Assembly: GCA_964418645.1 (NCBI GenBank)
Contig: CAYQME010000002.1
Span: forward strand, 385-64,384
Direction: 5' to 3'
Length of the DNA stretch: 64,000 nucleotides
Source: an uncultured Flavobacteriaceae bacterium
GTDB taxonomy: Bacteria; Bacteroidota; Bacteroidia; Flavobacteriales; Flavobacteriaceae
The translations under genes and the position numbers were made by a program. The first letter of the stretch is position 1; each line of letters starts with the position of its first letter. The notes under the pieces were generated by a model that saw only the letters and a list, made by a program, of their open reading frames with translations, was not told where the DNA came from and did not search any database. Below are positions 19,482-29,467 of the stretch, one piece after another.

Positions 19482-21488
19482 TTAATATCTCTTAATTACT
19501 AGCGAATTAGCAGCATAATCATGAATTGCTTTTTTCTTTTCATTACCAGAAATAGTAATTAGTGAAATCCAGCCAAGAAGCGCTTTTATAACAAATCTTA
19601 TTAATGCTTTAGGGAAAGAAATATTTTCATCTAACTTTTCATCTTTTCTAACTGTAATTTTAGAAATTGTATGACCAATTGTTCCTCCTTTTAAAGTTGT
19701 TAACAAAGGATCATAAAGTATAAAGACTATTATTGAAACAACAATTTTTATATAATTTGGTATTGAATCAAACAAAGCAAATATTTCTGAAATAATGAAC
19801 AATGCTGCGATTATAATTATAGAATCGATTACTACTGCTTTAATTCTATCTTGAATTGAAGCAAGAACAACATCAGATGTAAATTTATTACTCAAGTCTG
19901 ATACTTTATTTTTTTTCCACCATTTATTAAATAATATGTATCCAATTAATAAAACTAAAAAAGGAATAAAAAAAGATGTTGCTTTTCCACTTCCATTTAC
20001 GGTTGTAAACATTCTATCCCAGCGTATTTTATTAAAGCCTTTGCCATTAGAATTCCAACTCATCCAAATAAATACGGGTTTTCCAACCACATGATCAAAT
20101 GGTACAAATCCCCAAAACCGTGCATCTAAAGAGTTGTGACGATTGTCTCCCATCATCCAATAATAATCTTGTTTAAAGGTATAAGTGTTGGCAAGTTTAT
20201 CATTAATAAATATTTGGTTGCCTTCTACACGCAAATCATTGTGCTCATATTCTGTAATAAGGCGTTTATAAAGAGGTAAGACCTCTAAATTAAGGGCTAT
20301 CGTTTTACCAGCTTCAGGAATATATATTGGACCAAAAAAATCGGCATTCCAGTTATAATTTGGATCATGAGGAAATATACTCGGGTCTCTTTCTCCTTTT
20401 TTCTCTTTAATTGGTGTGATACTAGCTACGTTTGGATGGTTTTTGAATTTTGCTAACGCTTCATCTGATATAGCCGAAAAATAATAAGTGTTTTGGTTAT
20501 TTATAATACGAAATCTATCAGTGATATCATAACGATTAGCCATGACACGAGGATTAAACTGACTTGTTTTGGGTTGCACAAAATAGCTGAATTGTAATTG
20601 TGCACGGTCTGGTAATTCATTTTGTTTCCCATTAATATAAACGTAACCGTTACGTACCTCAAGGGAATCCCCAGCAATACCTACACAACGTTTTACCAAG
20701 TTGGTTTTTTTGTCTATGGGTTTATAATAATTCCTATCCACATTCGGATTGTTCATGTTATACAAAGTATCAGCTGGACTATTGAAAACCACAATTTCAT
20801 TTCTGTCAATTTTTTCAAACCCTAGCAGTCTCAAATAAGGTAATTGTAACTTGTTTTTCCAAGATGTTTCTCTTTTAGAATAAACGTCACTAAACAAATA
20901 TGATTTTTTATTGAGTATAGGAAGTGTATCATGCACCATTGGTGCTGCTACTGTAGTCATTGGCACTCGTGCACCATAATTAAACTTACTTACAAATAAA
21001 AAGTCGCCAACAAGAAGTGATTTTTCTAAAGATGATGATGGTATTGTATAGGGTTGAATAAAATAGGTGTGGACTAAAGTTGCAGCAACAACAGCAAATA
21101 AGATGGAGCTTACCCAATCGCCAGAAGATGATTTTGGATGCAAATCTCTATTTTCAATATAAGCAACATCAACCATATAATTTAGATAGTAATTATAAAG
21201 CCCTAATGTTGCAACTGCCAAAAAGGTATCAGTATATGTGTTTTTGCCAAAACTTCTAGCCGTTTCTACCCAAACCACAGGAAACATAATAAGATTTATT
21301 ATAGGTAGAAATAATAAAATGGTCCACCATGGTGAACGATTAATTATTTTCATTAAGATAACCGCATTATACACTGGAATAAAAGCTTCCCAAGCTTTTC
21401 GTCCTGCTTTAATATATAATTTCCAAGTACCTAATCCATGAATCCCCTGAATTAATAAGAAAAATATAAACCATTGCATTAGTGTCAT
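19482..21488 (-). CDS. lepB: Signal peptidase I with an N-terminal membrane domain and, as read here, a C-terminal RDD-domain extension
   Basis: S26 motifs IPSSSLEKSLLVGDFLFVSK, KRCVGIAGD and GDNRHNSLDARFWG. The last 140 aa (19485-19904) look like an RDD domain: QDRIKAVVID, YDPLLTTLKGGTIGH and AIHDYAANSLV. The junction is an A8 run (plus-strand T8 at 19909-19916). Confidence 0.8.
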   Translation of the reverse strand: MTLMQWFIFFLLIQGIHGLGTWKLYIKAGRKAWEAFIPVYNAVILMKIINRSPWWTILLFLPIINLIMFPVVWVETARSFGKNTYTDTFLAVATLGLYNYYLNYMVDVAYIENRDLHPKSSSGDWVSSILFAVVAATLVHTYFIQPYTIPSSSLEKSLLVGDFLFVSKFNYGARVPMTTVAAPMVHDTLPILNKKSYLFSDVYSKRETSWKNKLQLPYLRLLGFEKIDRNEIVVFNSPADTLYNMNNPNVDRNYYKPIDKKTNLVKRCVGIAGDSLEVRNGYVYINGKQNELPDRAQLQFSYFVQPKTSQFNPRVMANRYDITDRFRIINNQNTYYFSAISDEALAKFKNHPNVASITPIKEKKGERDPSIFPHDPNYNWNADFFGPIYIPEAGKTIALNLEVLPLYKRLITEYEHNDLRVEGNQIFINDKLANTYTFKQDYYWMMGDNRHNSLDARFWGFVPFDHVVGKPVFIWMSWNSNGKGFNKIRWDRMFTTVNGSGKATSFFIPFLVLLIGYILFNKWWKKNKVSDLSNKFTSDVVLASIQDRIKAVVIDSIIIIAALFIISEIFALFDSIPNYIKIVVSIIVFILYDPLLTTLKGGTIGHTISKITVRKDEKLDENISFPKALIRFVIKALLGWISLITISGNEKKKAIHDYAANSLVIKRY

Positions 21489-21553
21489 AACTGTAATTTT
21501 TTAGTTGTTAGTTTGTGCTAAATCTGTCATGTATGTTACAATAATAATACATC

Positions 21554-22258
21554 TTAACCTATATTTAACACATCGTTCATTGTAAAAACACCTGTCTTGC
21601 CTATTAACCATTCTACAGCAATTATAGCTCCTAGAGCAAACCCATCTCTACTATGTGCTGTGTGCGAAATGGATATACTGTCTATTTGCGAGTCGTAATT
21701 AACATGGTGTGTTCCAGGAACATTATCAATACGTTTTGCTTCAATAGAAATATTATTGGAGTTATCCGCTTCACCTAATTTCCAGCTCTTATAATTTGTG
21801 TTTTCAATTATACCATCAGCTAATGTAATTGCTGTACCACTTGGCACATCTATTTTTTGTATGTGATGAATTTCTTCAATGCTTGCATTGTATTGAGATA
21901 GATTAGACATCATTTTTGCTAAAGTTTTATTAAATTCAAAAAAGATGTTGACTCCCAAACTAAAGTTGGATGCATATATAAAAGCACCATTCTTTTTTTT
22001 AGCTAATGCCGTCATATTACCGTAATCGTTTAGCCATCCTGTTGTACCAGAGACTATTGGAATACCATTGTTAATACAGTTTGAAATGTTGGTTACAGCA
22101 GCACTTGGAATACTAAAATCTATAGCTGCATCTGCCTCTAAAATATTGTATGACGTAGTGTCTTTATCAACTTTTATTACAATAGAATGCCCACGTTGTA
22201 ATGCAATTTGCTCAATAGCTTTTCCCATTTTTCCGTAACCTAGTAATGCAATTTTCAT
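21554..22258 (-). CDS. dapB: 4-hydroxy-tetrahydrodipicolinate reductase
   Basis: 234 aa with MKIALLGYGKMGK (NAD binding) and EEIHHIQKIDVPSGTA. Confidence 0.9.
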   Translation of the reverse strand: MKIALLGYGKMGKAIEQIALQRGHSIVIKVDKDTTSYNILEADAAIDFSIPSAAVTNISNCINNGIPIVSGTTGWLNDYGNMTALAKKKNGAFIYASNFSLGVNIFFEFNKTLAKMMSNLSQYNASIEEIHHIQKIDVPSGTAITLADGIIENTNYKSWKLGEADNSNNISIEAKRIDNVPGTHHVNYDSQIDSISISHTAHSRDGFALGAIIAVEWLIGKTGVFTMNDVLNIG

Positions 22259-22261
22259 GCG

Positions 22262-22861
22262 CTAAAATTTAAAATCTAAAGTTAATCCTAAATTAGTTGT
22301 TGCATCAAATTGGTTAAAATTAAAATGCGGTTTTAATGCCAGATTATCATCTACATTAAACTGCAATAAATGTGCATCAACATTAGCATCAATAATATTT
22401 AATATATAAATACCAACTGTTATTAATAGCGAAAGTTCTTTGTTTCTATTTAATGTTTGTTGTGCTCTTATGAGTCCATCGTTCGAAATGTTTGGAGTTG
22501 TACCTGAGCCATAAAATTCATCGTCAGTAAAACCAGCTAGTCTTCTTTTAAAGGCATCTCGATAACGATTGTATTCATTATTGTTGTCTATATAAAAATA
22601 TATTCCCGTACCTAATGCAGCATAAACTAGAGGGATTTTCCAGTATTTTTTATTGTATGCTTGTCCTAAACCAGGAAGTATAGCCGAATAAAAAGCTGCT
22701 TTTGAAGGAGACAACGGATCAATAGCTTTTCTAGACGTTGTATCTTGAACTACAACATTTTTATCACCTAATGAAACTTGAGTAGATTTATCGTCATTTT
22801 GTGCGTAAATCATAAAAGGGAAAACGCAAAATGCAACTACATAAAGAAATTTACTTTGCAC
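22262..22861 (-). CDS. DUF5683-like secreted or membrane protein
   Basis: 199 aa with a signal peptide and SAILPGLGQAYNKKYWK. The position between parB and dapB matches remembered synteny. Confidence 0.45.
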   Translation of the reverse strand: MQSKFLYVVAFCVFPFMIYAQNDDKSTQVSLGDKNVVVQDTTSRKAIDPLSPSKAAFYSAILPGLGQAYNKKYWKIPLVYAALGTGIYFYIDNNNEYNRYRDAFKRRLAGFTDDEFYGSGTTPNISNDGLIRAQQTLNRNKELSLLITVGIYILNIIDANVDAHLLQFNVDDNLALKPHFNFNQFDATTNLGLTLDFKF

Positions 22862-23750
22862 GTTGTACCAGTTTTTTTATTCTATTAAAATCTTCTTCAG
22901 AATGAAAGGGAATAGTTATTTTACCACTTCCATTCTTAGATACTTTAACGTTTATTTTATGTCCAAAGTATTCTGAGATTTCTTTGATTCCTTTTTTAAA
23001 GAACTTTGGAATAGCTTCTTTTTTAGAGGTATCAACGACTTTATTTTTATGATAATTTCTAACTAAACTTTCAGTATCTCTAACTGACAGTTTATGAGTG
23101 AGTATTTTTTCGTAAATCTCTAATTGTGCTACATGGTTTTCAATGTTTATTATAGCGCGACCATGTCCCATGGAGATAAAACCATCTCGCATTCCTGTTT
23201 GTATAATGGGGTCGAGCTTTAATAAGCGTAAATAATTTGCGATGGTTGAGCGTTTTTTACCTACGCGATCGCTCATCTGTTCTTGAGTAAGACTGATTTC
23301 GTTAATTAAACGTTGATAGGATAAAGCAATTTCTATAGGATCTAAATCTTGGCGTTGGATATTTTCAACCAAAGCCATTTCTAAGGATTCCTGATCATTA
23401 GCTATACGGATATACGACGGAATGGTTTTTAAACCAATATTTTTTGAAGCCCTGAAACGACGTTCTCCAGAAACTAGTTGGTACTTATTAAAAGCAATTT
23501 TGCGAACAGTAATAGGTTGAATAACACCTAATTCTTTTATTGAAGATGCTAACTCACGTAAGGATTCTTCATTAAATTTTGAGCGCGGCTGAAAAGGATT
23601 AACCTCTATAACATCTAATTCGAGTTCAACAATATTGCCAATAACTTTATCTGCATTCTTGTCCTGAACCGACTTAATATCATTTGCTGGATCTTGTAAA
23701 AGAGCAGAAAGCCCTCTTCCCAAAGCTTGTTTTTTTGTTGCCTTCGCCAT
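22851..23750 (-). CDS. parB: Chromosome partitioning protein ParB/Spo0J
   Basis: GVIQPITVR and SGERRFRAS ParB boxes, plus an HTH region. Confidence 0.9.
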   Translation of the reverse strand: MAKATKKQALGRGLSALLQDPANDIKSVQDKNADKVIGNIVELELDVIEVNPFQPRSKFNEESLRELASSIKELGVIQPITVRKIAFNKYQLVSGERRFRASKNIGLKTIPSYIRIANDQESLEMALVENIQRQDLDPIEIALSYQRLINEISLTQEQMSDRVGKKRSTIANYLRLLKLDPIIQTGMRDGFISMGHGRAIINIENHVAQLEIYEKILTHKLSVRDTESLVRNYHKNKVVDTSKKEAIPKFFKKGIKEISEYFGHKINVKVSKNGSGKITIPFHSEEDFNRIKKLVQRAK

Positions 23751-24517
23751 TAATCTCCGTTTTTATTGATAATTTCTTTAGCCAAACTTAAGTAATTTGA
23801 AGCGCCTTTACTACTTACATCATATTTTATTATGCTTTCTCCATAACTTGGTGCTTCACCCAAACGTACATTACGTTGTATTATAGTTTGAAAAACCATC
23901 TCATCAAAATGTTTTTGAACTTCTTCAACCACTTGATTGGACAGTCTTAAGCGAGAGTCATACATTGTGAGTAATAAACCTTCAATATCCAATTCAGGGT
24001 TATGAATTTTCTGAACACTTTTAATGGTATTAAGTAATTTTCCTAAGCCTTCTAAAGCAAAATATTCACATTGTATTGGAATCATAACGGCATCTGCAGC
24101 AGTTAATGCGTTAAGTGTTAGTAATCCAAGTGAAGGAGCACAATCTATTAAAATATAATCGTAAGCCGATTTTAAATGTGTAATCGCTTTTTTAAGCATA
24201 TCCTCACGTTCTTCCTTATCTACGAGCTCAATTTCTATTGCTACTAAATCTATATGCGCGGGAATAATATCTACATTTGGAGAATTTGCAGTAATAATAC
24301 ATTCTTCAGCTGAACAGGTGTGCTCAAGAAGTTGGTAAGTTCCTGTTTCTACAATCTCCACATCAACTCCAAGTCCTGAAGTTGCATTTGCTTGAGGGTC
24401 AGCATCAATCAGTAATACTTTCTTTTCTAGTACACCAAGTGAAGCTGCTAAATTAACTGAAGTTGTTGTTTTACCAACACCTCCTTTTTGGTTGGCAATT
24501 GCAATGATTTTACCCAT
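23750..24517 (-). CDS. parA: Chromosome partitioning ATPase ParA/Soj
   Basis: Deviant Walker A NQKGGVGKTT, and IDCAPSLG. Confidence 0.9.
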   Translation of the reverse strand: MGKIIAIANQKGGVGKTTTSVNLAASLGVLEKKVLLIDADPQANATSGLGVDVEIVETGTYQLLEHTCSAEECIITANSPNVDIIPAHIDLVAIEIELVDKEEREDMLKKAITHLKSAYDYILIDCAPSLGLLTLNALTAADAVMIPIQCEYFALEGLGKLLNTIKSVQKIHNPELDIEGLLLTMYDSRLRLSNQVVEEVQKHFDEMVFQTIIQRNVRLGEAPSYGESIIKYDVSSKGASNYLSLAKEIINKNGD

Positions 24518-24629
24518 TAAGTGATTAGGTTTTTATGCTGTAAAAATACGATTATTTACGAGTTTTAAAAATGGAACTTGTTAACATTTGGCCAACAAAC
24601 AGATTGTTATATTTCGTAGAAAAGAGATA

Positions 24630-25514
24630 TTAAGATTTGTTCTTTTTTGCTCTAATCATTGCTTCAAGTTGATCCCACATTTCTTGTGGAATGTCTTCGA
24701 GCATATTAAACTCTCCAGCGCCTTTTAGCCATTCTCCACCATCTATTGTAATTACTTCACCATTGATATATGACGAGAAATCAGAGACTAAATAAGCTGC
24801 TAAATTTGCCAATTCCTGATGCTCTCCAACACGTTGTAAAGGTACTTTTTTAGACATATCAAATTTATCCTTAAGATTTCCAGGCATTAACCTATCCCAA
24901 GCACCTTTTGTAGGGAAAGGTCCTGGAGCAATGGCATTAAAGCGCATACCGTATTTTGCCCACTCAACAGCAAGACTTCTTGTTAAAGCAAGTACACCCG
25001 CTTTTGCTGTGGCACTTGGAACCACATATCCAGAACCTGTCCATGCATAAGTGGTTACAATATTTAATACCACAGTATTAGTTTGTTTAGTACTTATCCA
25101 ATGTTTTCCAAAAGCTAATGTACAGTTTTTTGTGCCTTTTAAAACAATGTCGATTATGGTATCAAAAGCATTTGCAGATAAGCGTTCAGTTGGGGAGATA
25201 AAATTACCTGCGGCATTGTTTAAAAGGATATCAACTTTTCCAAAATTTGCTATCACAATTTTAAACATATTTTCCACTTGGTCAAAATAGCGTACATCGC
25301 ATTGTACAGGAAGACACTTTCCGTCAGTTTCAGCTTCTAATTGAGAAGCTGTAGCTTCGAGCTTTTCTAAATTTCTTGAAGTAATTGCCACATTTGCACC
25401 TAGTTCTAGAAAGTATTTTGTCATGGCTTTGCCCAAACCACTACCACCTCCTGTAACGACTATAGTTTTTCCATTTAAAGCATTATCCCGAAGCATTTTG
25501 TTAGTGAATTTCAT
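24630..25514 (-). CDS. Short-chain dehydrogenase/reductase (2,4-dienoyl-CoA reductase-like)
   Basis: TGGGSGLG cofactor motif and NNAAGN; 294 aa. Confidence 0.75.
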   Translation of the reverse strand: MKFTNKMLRDNALNGKTIVVTGGGSGLGKAMTKYFLELGANVAITSRNLEKLEATASQLEAETDGKCLPVQCDVRYFDQVENMFKIVIANFGKVDILLNNAAGNFISPTERLSANAFDTIIDIVLKGTKNCTLAFGKHWISTKQTNTVVLNIVTTYAWTGSGYVVPSATAKAGVLALTRSLAVEWAKYGMRFNAIAPGPFPTKGAWDRLMPGNLKDKFDMSKKVPLQRVGEHQELANLAAYLVSDFSSYINGEVITIDGGEWLKGAGEFNMLEDIPQEMWDQLEAMIRAKKNKS

Positions 25515-25608
25515 TTATAATGGTTTTATGTATAAAAGTAAGTATAAAGTTTTTTAAAATAAGAATTGATAACTGATAAAAGTCATGTTTTTAATGACTG
25601 ATAAAAAG

Positions 25609-25616
25609 TAATTTTG
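25609..25616 (+). promoter_or_regulatory. Candidate -7 promoter box (TAATTTTG) for the di-iron repair gene
   Basis: Exact TAnnTTTG match, 23 bp upstream of the ATG at 25639. Confidence 0.45.
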
Positions 25617-25638
25617 AAGATTAAATAAGACTATAAAA

Positions 25639-26361
25639 ATGACAATTATTGAAGAAAAAACAGTAGCTCAAATGGTTGCTGAGAATATAAAAACAGCACA
25701 TGTATTTAAAAAATATGGTATTGACTTTTGTTGTGGAGGAGGTATAAGTATTGACAAAGTTTGTAAAAAAAATAATATTGATTTTTCCACGTTGAAAGAG
25801 GAGTTATTGGCAGTTGATGATGCTCCTAAAGCATATGAATATAATAAGTGGGAACTCAGATTTTTGATAGATCATATTGTAAATGTGCATCATGCCTATG
25901 TTGAAGAGGCTATTCCTTTAATTATTCAATATGTAGATAGAGTGGTTGAGGTTCATGGGCATTTCCATACTAATGTGATTGAAATTAGTAAACTTTTTAA
26001 AGAAGCTGCAAACGAATTAACTTCTCATATGAAGAAAGAAGAAATTATATTATTTCCTTACATTAAACAAATATTAAGCCTTAAAGAAAAAGGAGGATAT
26101 GTAACTCGGCCTCCCTTTGGAACAGTAAATAACCCTATTAGAATGATGGAAACTGAGCATGAATTAGTTGGAGGTATTTTTAAGGAAATAGATAGATTAA
26201 CTAATAATTACACACTACCTGAGGGTGCTTGTAATACCTTTAAAGCACTATATGCGAAGCTAGAAGAATTTGAAAATGATTTACATCAACACATACATTT
26301 AGAAAATAATATTTTGCACCCCAAAGCCATACAATTAGAAAATGAATTACAAAACAATTAG
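25639..26361 (+). CDS. Iron-sulfur cluster repair di-iron protein (RIC / ScdA / YtfE family)
   Basis: N-terminal GIDFCCGG motif followed by hemerythrin-like His/Glu helices (HHAYVEE, HMKKEE, HQHIHLEN). Confidence 0.85.
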   Translation: MTIIEEKTVAQMVAENIKTAHVFKKYGIDFCCGGGISIDKVCKKNNIDFSTLKEELLAVDDAPKAYEYNKWELRFLIDHIVNVHHAYVEEAIPLIIQYVDRVVEVHGHFHTNVIEISKLFKEAANELTSHMKKEEIILFPYIKQILSLKEKGGYVTRPPFGTVNNPIRMMETEHELVGGIFKEIDRLTNNYTLPEGACNTFKALYAKLEEFENDLHQHIHLENNILHPKAIQLENELQNN

Positions 26362-26444
26362 ATATATTTAATAAAGAACATAACATTTGGTTTCGGTAGG
26401 ATTTGATGCTGGAATAGATTAATTATTGATTTTAATATTTTGGA

Positions 26445-26477
26445 AAAGGAGTTTTTATTATAAAGACTCCTTTTTTT
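26445..26477 (+). terminator. Rho-independent terminator of the RIC gene
   Basis: Stem aaaggagt... / ...actccttt followed by a T7 run. Confidence 0.6.
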
Positions 26478-26615
26478 ATTTAGACATTATTCATAATTAA
26501 CTTTTGTTTAAGTTATTAGCTAGCAAATATTTTATATATTGTAGGAATTTTAAATTTTAATTGTAAAAATTAAGCTACTGAATTATTTCTTTAATATTAA
26601 AAGCAAATTTCAATT

Positions 26616-29384
26616 ATGAAAACCATCAATCCATTTACTAAAACTATATTGTTAAGTTTATTTCTGTTAACAATTTCATTATCAGTAGATGCTCAAATAA
26701 AGAAAACTGCGAGCGTTGAAGGAATTACAGAATATAAGCTCGATAATGGTATGAAGGTCTTATTGTTTCCTGATAATTCATCGCAAACCATCACGGTAAA
26801 TATTACATACAAAGTTGGATCACGACATGAAGGTTATGGCGAAAAAGGAATGGCTCATTTATTGGAGCATATGGTGTTTAAAGGGACTCCCAAGCATGAA
26901 GATATACCTAATGAATTAACATCTCATGGTGCAAGACCAAATGGAACCACTTGGTATGATAGAACCAATTATTTTGAATCCTTTAATGCTACTGATGAAA
27001 ATTTAGATTGGGCTTTAGATTTAGAAGCAGATAGAATGGTAAATTCTTATATCGCCAAAGAAGATTTAGAATCTGAATTTTCTGTAGTAAGAAATGAATT
27101 TGAAAGTGGTGAAAACTCGCCTACAGGGGTATTAATGAAAAAAGTAATAAGTACAGCTTACTTATGGCATAACTACGGACAATCTACTATTGGAAATCGT
27201 TCTGATATTGAACGTGTGCCAATTGAAAATTTAAAAGCATTTTATAAAAAATATTATCGTCCGGATAATGCTGTATTAATGGTTACTGGAAAATTTGAAG
27301 TTGAGAAAACCTTAGCGTTAATTGCTAAGAAGTTTAATACCATTAAAAACCCTTCAACAGCCTTAAGAGATGTGCCTACTATTGAACCTCCGCAAGATGG
27401 AGAGAAAAGAGTAACTCTTAGCAGAGTTGGTGATTTACAAATTATTTCTGCATTATATCATACTCCAGCAGGATCGCATGAAGATTATGCTGCATTGGCA
27501 ATTGCTGAAGATGTTTTAACAGACCAACCATCAGGGAGATTATATAAAGCTTTAATCGACGAAAAGAAATCTTCAAGCCTTTGGTCTTTTGCGCCATTTA
27601 CAAAAGAACCATCATTTATATATATTAATGTTGATGTACCTTCTGATAAATCTTTAAGTGAAGCTGAAACTACATTTTTAACATTATTAGATGATTTTTC
27701 AAGAAATCCTGTTATAGAAGAAGAGTTAAAAAGAGCAAAAGCCAATATTTTAAAACAAATAGATCAGATATATAGGAATTCTTCTTTCTTAGGTACATAT
27801 ATGAGTGAGTTTATAGGAGCAGGAGATTGGAGATTAGCTTTTATTCATCGTGATCGTATTGAGAATATGACACTAGACCAAGTAAATGATGTTGTTAAAA
27901 AATATTTTATAAGCACTAATAGAACCGTTGGTGAATTTGTACCTACAAAGTCTCCTGTGCGTATAGGTATACCGCATACCGAAGGTGTTGAAGAGATGGT
28001 GAAAACTTACAAAGGAAAAGAGGGGTATGGTGCAGGCGAAGCTTTTGATGTGTCTTACGATAATATAGAAAATAAATTAGATTCAGGAGTACTTGCAAAA
28101 AGTGGTATCGAATATGGTTTAATCAAAAAAAACAATCGTGGCAAAACGGTCGGCGTTTCTTTTGCAATGCGAAATGGAAATGTAAATCAGTTAATGAATA
28201 AAGGACTTACTGCGCAGTATGCTGCAAGTTTATTAAATAAAGGCACAAAAAACATGTCTCGACAAGCTATAGAAGATAAATTGAGTGACCTCAAGTCTTC
28301 AATCTTTTTTAGAGGAGTTAATGGTAGAGTATATGCCAATATTAGTAGTTCCGAAGATAATTTAATGGAAACCTTATCATTAATGGCTGAGATGTTTAAA
28401 AACCCTCTTTTTGATGATACCGAGTTAGACAAATTAAAAACACAAAACTTAGCTAGGTTAGAGCAAAATAAATCTGAACCTACTTTTGTAGCATCAATGC
28501 GATTAGGGCAAATAAATCAACGCTATAAAAAAGGACACCCTTTATATAGTATGTCAATAGACGAACAAATTGAAGCCATTAATGCAGTAAATATAGATGC
28601 TATTAAAGCATATTATAATGATTTTTATGGTATTTCTAATAATGCTACTTTAGTAGTTATAGGAAATTTTGAAGATGATAAAATTAAAGACTTCTTTGAA
28701 AGTGAATTTGGAGATTTTAAATCTGATTTACCATTTACTGCAATTAGTAATAAATTTCAAGAAAATAAATCGGCAAATGAAAGTTTAAAAACACCAGACA
28801 AGAAAAACGCATTTACAACAGGTACATTATCTTTTGAAAGTAACCAGTATGACGATGATTACGCAGCACTTCAAATTGCTGGGACTATTTTTGGAGGAGG
28901 GTTTTTAAACTCTAGAATTGCCGGTAGATTGCGTCAGCAAGACGGTGTAAGCTATGGTGCAGGAGCAGGAATCTCGGTAGATGGCGATAAGAATGATAAG
29001 AACTCTTCAATGTTTATTTATGCCATATATGCACCAGAGAATGCTGACAAAGTACAACTTGGGTTTAAAGAAGAAATTGCTCGTTTTATTGAAGATGGAA
29101 TCACAGAAGAAGAGCTTAAAAATGCCGTAACAGGGTGGGTACAATCTCAGAATGTATCAAGAGCAAAAGATAATGAACTTTCAAGTGTTATTAACAATAA
29201 CTTATATTATGACAGAGATTTAAATTTTCAAAAAAATGTTGAAAGTAAAATAAAAAGCTTAACCGTAGAAGATGTAAATAATGCCATTAAAAAACATTTT
29301 AAAACGTATGAAAATTGGACGGTTGTAAATGCAGGAGATTTTACTAACCTCATTAATTTAGATCAGGAAAAAACTAAAGATTAG
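26616..29384 (+). CDS. M16 (pitrilysin/insulinase) family zinc peptidase, secreted, double-length
   Basis: Signal peptide, inverted zinc motif HLLEHMVFKGT with downstream E (NEFESGE); 922 aa with a second M16-like half. Confidence 0.85.
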   Translation: MKTINPFTKTILLSLFLLTISLSVDAQIKKTASVEGITEYKLDNGMKVLLFPDNSSQTITVNITYKVGSRHEGYGEKGMAHLLEHMVFKGTPKHEDIPNELTSHGARPNGTTWYDRTNYFESFNATDENLDWALDLEADRMVNSYIAKEDLESEFSVVRNEFESGENSPTGVLMKKVISTAYLWHNYGQSTIGNRSDIERVPIENLKAFYKKYYRPDNAVLMVTGKFEVEKTLALIAKKFNTIKNPSTALRDVPTIEPPQDGEKRVTLSRVGDLQIISALYHTPAGSHEDYAALAIAEDVLTDQPSGRLYKALIDEKKSSSLWSFAPFTKEPSFIYINVDVPSDKSLSEAETTFLTLLDDFSRNPVIEEELKRAKANILKQIDQIYRNSSFLGTYMSEFIGAGDWRLAFIHRDRIENMTLDQVNDVVKKYFISTNRTVGEFVPTKSPVRIGIPHTEGVEEMVKTYKGKEGYGAGEAFDVSYDNIENKLDSGVLAKSGIEYGLIKKNNRGKTVGVSFAMRNGNVNQLMNKGLTAQYAASLLNKGTKNMSRQAIEDKLSDLKSSIFFRGVNGRVYANISSSEDNLMETLSLMAEMFKNPLFDDTELDKLKTQNLARLEQNKSEPTFVASMRLGQINQRYKKGHPLYSMSIDEQIEAINAVNIDAIKAYYNDFYGISNNATLVVIGNFEDDKIKDFFESEFGDFKSDLPFTAISNKFQENKSANESLKTPDKKNAFTTGTLSFESNQYDDDYAALQIAGTIFGGGFLNSRIAGRLRQQDGVSYGAGAGISVDGDKNDKNSSMFIYAIYAPENADKVQLGFKEEIARFIEDGITEEELKNAVTGWVQSQNVSRAKDNELSSVINNNLYYDRDLNFQKNVESKIKSLTVEDVNNAIKKHFKTYENWTVVNAGDFTNLINLDQEKTKD

Positions 29385-29400
29385 AATTTGAAGCCATTTA

Positions 29401-29430
29401 AAAAACCAGACTCATAATCTGGTTTTTTTT
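29401..29430. terminator. Bidirectional rho-independent terminator between the M16 peptidase and mutB
   Basis: aaaaaccaga-ctcataa-tctggtttttttt: an A-run, stem and T-run usable on both strands. Confidence 0.7.
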
Positions 29431-29467
29431 ATTTTTATTAAAAATTGTCAACTTATTTTTGGGAGAC

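Noticed and set aside
22851-24629. parS site (TGTTNCACGTGNAACA-like) in or near parAB
   Set aside because: I found no CACGTG-centred palindrome by eye in this interval or the flanks. My scan was not exhaustive, so a pattern search should be run.
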